48,789 nt of DNA, from the NCBI GenBank assembly GCA_964505585.1, contig CAZDIS010000001.1:1-48789 (forward strand). The letters are read 5' to 3'. This document shows, one piece after another, positions 31,005 to 38,457 of the stretch (position 1 is the first letter of the stretch; each line of letters starts with the position of its first letter). A program made the translations under genes and the position numbers. The DNA comes from an uncultured Pelolinea sp. Lineage in GTDB: Bacteria; Chloroflexota; Anaerolineae; Anaerolineales; Anaerolineaceae. The notes beneath the pieces were generated by a model. It had not been told where the DNA came from and made no database searches. It saw only the letters and a program-made list of their open reading frames with translations.

Positions 31005-32057
31005 CTAACGCGGCCTTGCATCCACCACGTTCCCATAACCATCAAACGTCAGCTCCCACTCGCTTCCGTTAACTGCCGCCTGGTACAGCGCAAAGTCCTC
31101 GGTCGTGAATTCCGCGCCCCCGTCTGCGGTGTCAAACCAGATCGTGTATTCCTCTTTGCGTTCTCCCGCCCGCTGGTCAGCATACGCCGCCACCCCCGGC
31201 CAAGAAGCGGAAAGCCCATAGCCGTCACTCTCGACGAATTCCACCACATCCCATTCACTCACTTCATATTCGCAGTGCGTGTCATACACCTCATATTCGC
31301 AGTCCATCACCACCTCTCCTACCCCCGTGCCAGTGTCCACCGTGTACGGTGTCCCGCATACCTCAACCGCGCCTTCCACTGCTTGATCACTGCTGGTTCG
31401 GTAGCGCTCTTCGCACACCGTTACAAACGCTTCCGCCGGGATCTCGTCCCACCAATCCTCGTATGTCACGGCCACAAATTGCTCCACAGCTACTGTTCGC
31501 GTCCATTCTGTTTGTGACACCACACCCATCGCCGTCTCGCGGCTGCACCCCTTAAAAATCAAAAATCCCACGATCACCATCGCCACCAGCCCGATAACCA
31601 GCCACACAGATCCACCGTCCCCCTTCGCCGCCTTTGTCGTTGATATCGGTTTCTCTTTTCTTAATGCGCTTCCGCACTGCGCGCACCTTGGTGCGTTTGG
31701 TGCGTTTTCAAACCCACAAGTTGGGCAAACTATTCCTTTTCCAGTCTGGCCTTTATACGCGCCTACCACCCGCCCGCCCTGGCGTTTCGTACCGCCTGCC
31801 AGCTTTCCGCCACACTGTGAGCAGATCAACGCGGTCGAGGCGTTACGCGTGCCGCAGAAAGGGCAATGGATATCAGCGGAACTGGCTGCTTCTTTTAATT
31901 GAAGAAGTTCTTCCTTATCCCCCTGGATGAACGCTACATCTTTCGGTTGCGGGTTTCCGCACGTCGTGCACGTTTTCTGTGTTCCCAGATTGCGGGTTTC
32001 GCAATGAGGGCAGATCCAATATAAATAGGTATGCCCAAGTGTTTTCTTAGCCATCAT
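31005..32057 (-). CDS. Membrane protein with three N-terminal RanBP2-like zinc ribbons and an acidic extracellular domain
   Basis: WICPHCETRNLGTQKTCTTC, CPFCGTRN..CSQC, CPTCGFEN..CAQC; TM VWLVIGLVAMVIVGFLIF. Confidence 0.8.
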   Translation of the reverse strand: MMAKKTLGHTYLYWICPHCETRNLGTQKTCTTCGNPQPKDVAFIQGDKEELLQLKEAASSADIHCPFCGTRNASTALICSQCGGKLAGGTKRQGGRVVGAYKGQTGKGIVCPTCGFENAPNAPRCAQCGSALRKEKPISTTKAAKGDGGSVWLVIGLVAMVIVGFLIFKGCSRETAMGVVSQTEWTRTVAVEQFVAVTYEDWWDEIPAEAFVTVCEERYRTSSDQAVEGAVEVCGTPYTVDTGTGVGEVVMDCEYEVYDTHCEYEVSEWDVVEFVESDGYGLSASWPGVAAYADQRAGERKEEYTIWFDTADGGAEFTTEDFALYQAAVNGSEWELTFDGYGNVVDARPR

Positions 32058-32175
32058 GCACCTGTAACTTTTTGTATTTATTCTGCATTATAGCGTATTT
32101 GCATTTTTTCGCTCAATTATTTAATCGGTTGGTTCTTCAGTTATAATATTTGCAAGTTCCAAAATGGAGATATAA

Positions 32176-32814
32176 ATGAATATGAAAAAACGATATTTGA
32201 CTTTCTTTATGGCAGTTGTTTTTGCGCCAGTCCTGTTGTCCGCCTGCGGTGCCGCAGCGCCCGCAGAACCGACTCAAGATCCGAACGCGGTCTTCACGCA
32301 GGTTGCGGAAACAGTAATGGTCAGCATGACACAGACATCGGAAGCAATGCCGCCGACCCCTACACCTGAGCCAACTGCTACCACAGCACCCACTCTGCCG
32401 CCCATTCCAACAGTTGACCCTCTGGCAACGCAGGCAGTCCCGCCAACCCTTCCTGTCGGCCCAACAGCCACAACACAGCGGTATGGTGACTCAGCGCAAT
32501 ACAACACCCAGACTCCCGGTGATGGGAAAGTATTTAAAAAAGGTGAAGAATTCCAATTCATCGTCTGCTTCGGAAACAACGGCGCAACAACCTGGAATTC
32601 GAGTTACTATTTAGAATGGGTTAGTGGTTTCCGCTTGTGGAGTGACCAGAAGTATTTTTACGTGGGTGAGGAAGTAGAACCCGGAGGAAAATGGTGTTTC
32701 TACTCACCAGCCGTAGCCCCATTTGAACCAGGTACGTATACTACACGATGGTATATGAAAAACGGTGATGGTGAATTTATGCATGAGGTGTATTTCACCT
32801 ACAGTGTTGAGTAA
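32176..32814 (+). CDS. Lipoprotein with a Pro/Thr linker and an NBR1-Ig-like (FW) domain
   Basis: Lipobox LLSAC; TQVAETV..TQT and PTPT linker; PGDG..F..GEEF..FGNNGATTW, VEPG, APFEPGTY..W. Confidence 0.8.
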   Translation: MNMKKRYLTFFMAVVFAPVLLSACGAAAPAEPTQDPNAVFTQVAETVMVSMTQTSEAMPPTPTPEPTATTAPTLPPIPTVDPLATQAVPPTLPVGPTATTQRYGDSAQYNTQTPGDGKVFKKGEEFQFIVCFGNNGATTWNSSYYLEWVSGFRLWSDQKYFYVGEEVEPGGKWCFYSPAVAPFEPGTYTTRWYMKNGDGEFMHEVYFTYSVE

Positions 32815-32835
32815 GGCTAAGATCAATAAAATTTG

Positions 32836-32860
32836 AAGCGCCCATGCGGGCGCTTTTTTT
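32836..32860 (+). terminator. Intrinsic terminator after the lipoprotein gene
   Basis: AAGCGCCC-ATGC-GGGCGCTT followed by a T-run. Confidence 0.85.
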
Positions 32861-33377
32861 ATGCTTCCGCGAGCATTTTTGATATGCTCGTACTGAGAGC
32901 TTCCTCTAACTTTCCCCTCACTTCTTTTTTATCCAATTCGGCGGCAATAGCCCATTCACTGACAAATTGGTCCTTTAATTTGTCAAGGGTGCGGTGTTCA
33001 TTGACATGCAGGTTCTTCTCTGCGTTGCGTGCATGTAGATCCCTGATCAGCCGCGCGTTTGCGGACACTGAACATTTACTCATTTCTTCTTTAAGGAATT
33101 TTATTCGCGCCCTAAAATTATTACTTAGAGGTTCAGGTTTTTTCCTGATCTCACTAAGCGCGTTGTTGAAGGTCGAAGGCGCGCACACCTGCCTGATGCG
33201 TCCAGATTTCGATTTGACCACTGGCAGCCAATAGGTCAGTTTGTTGGTTTTAACAACATAAAAAACACGCTTTTCATCATCAAGTTGTTTCGATTCAACC
33301 CCGGAGATCCTGCCCACGCCATGTGTGGCATGCACAACATAATCCCCTTCCTTCAACTCTAATTTAACTTTATTCAT
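32859..33377 (-). CDS. CarD-family transcription factor
   Basis: GDYVVHATHGVGRI RID motif, YWLPV, IRQV and a helical C-terminal domain. ATG 33377 preferred over GTG 33407. Confidence 0.85.
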   Translation of the reverse strand: MNKVKLELKEGDYVVHATHGVGRISGVESKQLDDEKRVFYVVKTNKLTYWLPVVKSKSGRIRQVCAPSTFNNALSEIRKKPEPLSNNFRARIKFLKEEMSKCSVSANARLIRDLHARNAEKNLHVNEHRTLDKLKDQFVSEWAIAAELDKKEVRGKLEEALSTSISKMLAEA

Positions 33378-33624
33378 TTGAACGCAATTCCAATCCCACC
33401 CCTTCACTTTGTAACCGGATCCCCGATCGGTACGATGAGAATGGTCCGGTAATCAATAACGCGGCATAAAAACAAATGAGTCTATCAATAGATTATATAA
33501 CAAATAATCTTAATTGCCGTGTTTATTTCGCTGGAATAATGTCTATGCGCAGCACTTGTTCCGTTTTTGTCCTATTTGTTGTATACTAAATCGATTAAAA
33601 AACTACTTTTCAGGGAGAGAGTCA

Positions 33625-35151
33625 ATGCAATGCAAAGCGTGTGGACACGAAAATAAAGAAACAGCAAAGTTTTGTGAGAAATGTGGAGGAAAACTAGGGA
33701 AGTTAGTCTGTCCAAAATGCGGACAGGAAAATAACGCAGGCGCACAATTCTGCCATGAATGCGGCGAGGGGTTAAGCACAACAGTCGGCACAACCCCTAC
33801 GAAAGCATCGTTACCAGTAAAGAAAGGGTTATCATCAGGCGCGATCATCTTCCTTGCCGTAGCTGGTGTACTGCTTCTGGCTGGGGGCACTTTGTTTCTC
33901 TTCCGTGACGCGCTAGGAATAAATTTATTCGGTACCACCGGTAACAATGCTGACGCACAATCAAATTCTTCGCCCCAGGTTGCGCGAATAAGCTATTCCA
34001 CCAATCCAGCACCGATCACCGAAGTTGGCAAACCAGTTGAATTTGTATATGACTGGAATGCTGCCACGCTGGAATTAGTACAAGAATTCATTGATAATGC
34101 GGACCATCAGGTGCTGGTCAATGGTGAACTGGTGACCGCGAAGGTCTCCTTCAGCGAAGTGGTCCAGGACGCGCTTTCTGGTGGTTATAAGACACAGGTG
34201 GCTGCAAATGTCGGCCAGCTTCCCGCTGGGAAGAGCGCTGTCGATACTACCGTCTCGTTCAAAAAACCGATTTCTAACGGAAATGAGTCATATGGTCCCG
34301 GAACAGATAAGGAACATATCCAAAAACACGGCAAAGTGATCGTCAACGATCCGGCTGATCCGCAGGCCTCCAGTGTTGACCACTGCGTTGATAATTGCCC
34401 ACAACCAGAAGATATTACTACCGCAGGTCTGTTGTGGGACGGTGAAACCCCTGTCCTTGTAATCGCCAACAAGCAGGGCTGGGAGCCTTATCAGGAATCG
34501 GCAGGCAATCCTGCTGTGTTCACCGCCAGCAGCTACCCGTGGGCGCACCCAGTGTGTAAAGTTCTCGCCGAAGATACAACCCTCATGGGCTGTGAAGGCG
34601 AATATGACCAGCCCGCGCCTAATAAAGATGAGATCGGCATCTATTTTCCCTATCCCTGGAGCGCAAGTAAGACAGGCTGGTGTACGTTCGAAGATTACAA
34701 TTTGCAGCAGGCCGAAATGCCGTGCCCAACAGAGGAAGACATCATTCCTGGTGAGGTCTATTGGGAAGGAGGCGTCGCTTTGATCGATATTGAGAATCCC
34801 GCTGGTTGGGAGCCATACCAGGAACATCCAGACATTTCATCATTCCTTGCTGTCAACGACGAGCACTACACCGATCTCTCCTGTGAGGTCAATGCGGAAG
34901 ATAACACGATGATGACCTGTGGTGGTCCGGGAACCATCAAGACCGGCGGTATGGCGATGTTCCTCAATTTTCCCTTTAACGGCACCTTCTGTCAGCTCGC
35001 CTACAATGAGATCGGCATCAAGGATATCTGCAATGAAGGATACAAATTTTGTGTCTACGCCGGCACCTGCTGCCCAGAAAGCTATACCTGCGATGTGCAG
35101 GGTTGCCACCAGGGCAATCAATGCGATGGTGAATATGGAAATTGCAATTGA
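33625..35151 (+). CDS. Double-zinc-ribbon single-pass membrane protein with a Cys-rich, internally duplicated extracellular region
   Basis: CKAC..CEKC, CPKC..CHEC; TM IIFLAVAGVLLLAGGTLFLF. ATG 33625 follows GGGAG. Confidence 0.8.
   Translation: MQCKACGHENKETAKFCEKCGGKLGKLVCPKCGQENNAGAQFCHECGEGLSTTVGTTPTKASLPVKKGLSSGAIIFLAVAGVLLLAGGTLFLFRDALGINLFGTTGNNADAQSNSSPQVARISYSTNPAPITEVGKPVEFVYDWNAATLELVQEFIDNADHQVLVNGELVTAKVSFSEVVQDALSGGYKTQVAANVGQLPAGKSAVDTTVSFKKPISNGNESYGPGTDKEHIQKHGKVIVNDPADPQASSVDHCVDNCPQPEDITTAGLLWDGETPVLVIANKQGWEPYQESAGNPAVFTASSYPWAHPVCKVLAEDTTLMGCEGEYDQPAPNKDEIGIYFPYPWSASKTGWCTFEDYNLQQAEMPCPTEEDIIPGEVYWEGGVALIDIENPAGWEPYQEHPDISSFLAVNDEHYTDLSCEVNAEDNTMMTCGGPGTIKTGGMAMFLNFPFNGTFCQLAYNEIGIKDICNEGYKFCVYAGTCCPESYTCDVQGCHQGNQCDGEYGNCN
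34396..35022 (+). repeat. Tandem protein-domain duplication (109-aa period) inside 33625..35151
   Basis: CPQPEDI..LLWDG..NKQGWEPYQE..C.V.AEDTTLMGC starts at 34396; CPTEEDI..VYWEG..NPAGWEPYQE..C.V.AEDNTMMTC starts at 34723. Confidence 0.85.
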
Positions 35152-35171
35152 TCATTTGAAACGAGTTAACC

Positions 35172-35209
35172 ATAAATCCCTGATGGAAACACCAGGGATT
35201 TATTTTTTT
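35172..35209 (+). terminator. Intrinsic terminator
   Basis: 11-bp stem ATAAATCCCTG/CAGGGATTTAT followed by TTTTTT. Confidence 0.85.
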
Positions 35210-35293
35210 CCATTAAACGTGCTATAGTGGAATTTAATATCGAATACCACATTTTAATTGCCACATTGACGGTAAGTAAATCAGGAGGAGCGC

Positions 35294-37042
35294 ATGAAAG
35301 AATCAGGAAAACTCTCACGTTCAGAGTTTCTCAAACTGGTCGCATCTGGTTTGGGCGGGGTCGTCCTCGCTTGCCGAAAAAGCAGCAGTGCCTCCCCTAC
35401 CGTCGTTCCCCCTTTATCGGCCGCCCTGGCTACCCAGGCACCCACCTCCTTCGATGATGGCACATTAGCAGACCTCGTCCTCGCAAACGGCACAATCCAT
35501 ACTGTCGATCCACTTGACAGCATAGCACAGGCAGTAGCTGTCTTCGGCGATCGGATACTCGCTGTCGGTAGCAGTGAAGATATGCTCGCCCTCGCCGCTC
35601 CCAATGCCCGCATCTACGATCTTGAAGGCCGTGCCGTCACCCCCGGCTTGATCGACCCCCACCTCCACTTCCGCGGCTACGGTTTGATGACTTCCTATTA
35701 CACCGGATTTAATCCGCCCGATGTCACCGATATCGCCAGCATGCAGCGCATGCTCGCTGATGTCATCAGCGCTTCCCCGCCCGGCCAGTGGATCAATGGC
35801 TACTATATGGCCCTCGCTGACAAACCCATCCCTACCAAAGAAGACCTTGATCCCGTTTCGCCGGATAACCCGGTCTTCATGATGCATATCGGCGGCCACT
35901 GGGGCACCGCCAACACCGCTGCCCTCCAGGCGGCAAAAGTCTCTGCCAGTACTCCCAGCCCTGATGGCGGCATTATTGAAAAGCGCGATGGACAACTCAC
36001 CGGCGTCTTCTACAACCACCGCGCTATGGATATCCTTCGCCAGGCAGGCCCGCTCATCACCGATGATCTTGTTCGCCAATCCATCATTGACACCCAGATG
36101 CTCATGGCCTCCTGCGGCGTTACCTGCTTCCACGACAACAACATCCGCGATGTCGAATCCATCCACGCCTACCAGGACCTTTCCCTCTCCGGCGACCTAT
36201 TCCTTCGCAACAACCTCTACCTCACGCTCGAATATCCCACCGACATCCGCAAGGTCGACCAGGTCAATGTTCTACAGAACGACGTCACCCGGTTCCTCGG
36301 TTACAAGTTCCTCATCGACGGCCAGGGACCTACCGCCTTTACCCACCAGCCACACAACGGACACGAATGGCAAATGTCAACCTGGGAGCAGGATTCTTTC
36401 ATCAGTACTGTTCAGTCTCTACACGATACCGGTCTGCAGATCTGCGTCCATTGCATCGGTGATGCTGCTGCCGATCTGGTTCTCGATGACTACCAGTCCG
36501 CCTTAAATGCCAACGCCCGCTCCGATCCCCGCCACCGCATCGAGCACGCCGTCCTCACCGACCCTGCGTCCACCTTGCGCATGCGTAACCTTGGCGTTGT
36601 CATCAGCACCCAACCCGCCTTTATCTATCTCTTTGGCGATGGATGGCAAGGTCTTTTCGGAGCGGAAAGAATGGATCGTATCATGGTCACCAGGGAATGG
36701 GTTGATTCCGGCGTACACGTGGCAATTGGCTCCGATGCACCCTCCACACCATACTATTACCCTCAGGCTTCCCTGGCAGGCGCTATGACGCGTCACACGT
36801 TCAAACAAACCCCAATCGCCCCCGAGCAGGGTTTGACCTTTAGCGAAGCATTACGAGCGCATACAATTGAAGGAGCATACGCCAGCCATCAGGAAAACGT
36901 CCTCGGATCACTGGAAAAAGGAAAATTCGCGGATATGGTCGTATGGACAGACGATCCATCGCAAATGACGGTCCAGGAACTCGGCAGTACAAGGACGGTT
37001 GAAATGACTCTTGTGGGCGGTAAAATAGTCCACCAGGTGTGA
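35294..37042 (+). CDS. Amidohydrolase 3 family (YtcJ-like) with a Tat-like lipoprotein signal
   Basis: PGLIDPHLH, NTAAL, KFLIDG, HCIGD, RHRIEH, GSDAP, GSLEKGKFADMVV; N-terminal LSRSEFLK and VLAC; AGGAGG SD. Confidence 0.9.
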   Translation: MKESGKLSRSEFLKLVASGLGGVVLACRKSSSASPTVVPPLSAALATQAPTSFDDGTLADLVLANGTIHTVDPLDSIAQAVAVFGDRILAVGSSEDMLALAAPNARIYDLEGRAVTPGLIDPHLHFRGYGLMTSYYTGFNPPDVTDIASMQRMLADVISASPPGQWINGYYMALADKPIPTKEDLDPVSPDNPVFMMHIGGHWGTANTAALQAAKVSASTPSPDGGIIEKRDGQLTGVFYNHRAMDILRQAGPLITDDLVRQSIIDTQMLMASCGVTCFHDNNIRDVESIHAYQDLSLSGDLFLRNNLYLTLEYPTDIRKVDQVNVLQNDVTRFLGYKFLIDGQGPTAFTHQPHNGHEWQMSTWEQDSFISTVQSLHDTGLQICVHCIGDAAADLVLDDYQSALNANARSDPRHRIEHAVLTDPASTLRMRNLGVVISTQPAFIYLFGDGWQGLFGAERMDRIMVTREWVDSGVHVAIGSDAPSTPYYYPQASLAGAMTRHTFKQTPIAPEQGLTFSEALRAHTIEGAYASHQENVLGSLEKGKFADMVVWTDDPSQMTVQELGSTRTVEMTLVGGKIVHQV

Positions 37043-37260
37043 TCAATATCGATTATTGATTAACCCTTCACCTCCGATATATTAGATACTGAAGATCAAT
37101 AACGACCATCCTTTTATTCAAGATGAATACCATCTGGAAATATTCATTTTCAGAACCTGAACAGCGAAATTTTTAAGAACGAATTCACCTGCATTGTTGA
37201 TTTTATTAGGGGGAATAGTATAAAATAAGGGCACTATATTCTTAAGACTGGAGGTTTGTT

Positions 37261-38373
37261 ATGGCTAGTGTCACGTTCGATAACGTCGTCAAAAGATTCG
37301 GTGATATCACTGCGGTAGATTCGCTGGATTTTGCAATTGAGGACAAAGAATTTCTGGTTTTCGTTGGCCCATCCGGCTGCGGAAAAACCACCGCCCTGCG
37401 TTGCCTTGCGGGACTGGAAGAGATCACTGAAGGAAAAATTTTGATTGGTGACAGAGTGGTGAATGACGTCCCATCCAAAGATCGCGACATCGCGATGGTT
37501 TTCCAATCCTACGCGTTGTATCCACACCTGACCGTGTATGATAATATGGCATTCGGTTTGCGGTTACGGAAGATGTCAAAAGAAGAGATCGATCGGCGTG
37601 TCAATGAAGCCGCTAAGATCCTCGATATTGGCAAACTTCTAAAGCGTAAACCACGCGAACTTTCCGGCGGACAGCGCCAGCGTGTTGCTCTCGGGCGTGC
37701 CATTGTGCGTGAGCCCAAAGTATTCCTTTTCGATGAACCCCTTTCCAACCTTGATGCCAAACTGAGGGTGCAGACTCGTAAGGAAATTTCTAAACTGCAT
37801 AAACGATTGAATACGACATTCATCTATGTGACCCACGATCAGGTTGAAGCCATGACCATGGGAACTCGGATCGCTGTCATCAATTTTGGAATTTTGCAGC
37901 AGATCGATACCCCCCAGAAATTATATGAGGAGCCAGCCAACCTGTTTGTAGCTGGCTTCATTGGTTCACCTGCCATGAACTTCTTTGATGGTAAGATCGT
38001 CAAATCAGGTGCCAAGTTAATGGTCGATACTGGAGAATTCCAGGTAGAAATTCCTAAAGATAAGCTTAAAATCTACGAACCGCTTACCGATAAGGAGATC
38101 ATATTTGGCATCCGCCCGGAAGATATCTACAATCCAAAATTCCCCGCCTCTGACATCCAGGCAGCGGTCGTTGAATGTAAGGTTGACCTGCTTGAATTGA
38201 TGGGAGATGAGATCTATGTTTACCTTATGGAAGGTAAACATGACTTCGTCGCTCGTGTTGACGCCCGCTCAGATTATAAACTCGGTGACAAAGTCAAAGT
38301 TGCCTTCAACATGAAGAAATTCCACATATTTGACCCATCTCAGGACAAAGACAACCCTGTAGCAATTCGCTGA
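37261..38373 (+). CDS. Carbohydrate ABC transporter ATP-binding protein (MalK/MsmK/UgpC type)
   Basis: GPSGCGKT, VFQSYALYPH, LSGGQRQR, DEPLSNLDAKLR, FIGSPAMN, TOBE region (GIRPED). Confidence 0.95.
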   Translation: MASVTFDNVVKRFGDITAVDSLDFAIEDKEFLVFVGPSGCGKTTALRCLAGLEEITEGKILIGDRVVNDVPSKDRDIAMVFQSYALYPHLTVYDNMAFGLRLRKMSKEEIDRRVNEAAKILDIGKLLKRKPRELSGGQRQRVALGRAIVREPKVFLFDEPLSNLDAKLRVQTRKEISKLHKRLNTTFIYVTHDQVEAMTMGTRIAVINFGILQQIDTPQKLYEEPANLFVAGFIGSPAMNFFDGKIVKSGAKLMVDTGEFQVEIPKDKLKIYEPLTDKEIIFGIRPEDIYNPKFPASDIQAAVVECKVDLLELMGDEIYVYLMEGKHDFVARVDARSDYKLGDKVKVAFNMKKFHIFDPSQDKDNPVAIR

Positions 38374-38398
38374 CAATATGAATTGTTGATTAAAATCA

Positions 38399-38421
38399 GC
38401 CAGCCCCTTATCGGGGCTGGC
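38399..38421 (+). other. Intergenic GC-rich stem-loop between the ABC ATPase and malQ (weak terminator or mRNA stabiliser)
   Basis: GCCAGCCCC-TTATC-GGGGCTGGC with no strong U-tract. Confidence 0.55.
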
Positions 38422-38457
38422 AAATTAGTTTATATTAACAGGTAAAAGGTCATCATC

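Noticed and set aside
33514-33624. N-terminal extension of the zinc-ribbon ORF with CPICC
   Set aside because: It covers AT-rich promoter DNA. ATG 33625 has an SD and starts right at the first ribbon.
35465-36506. 233-aa antisense and 180-aa shifted ORFs inside the amidohydrolase
   Set aside because: Same compositional artefact; low-complexity Ser/Thr/Pro or shadow translations
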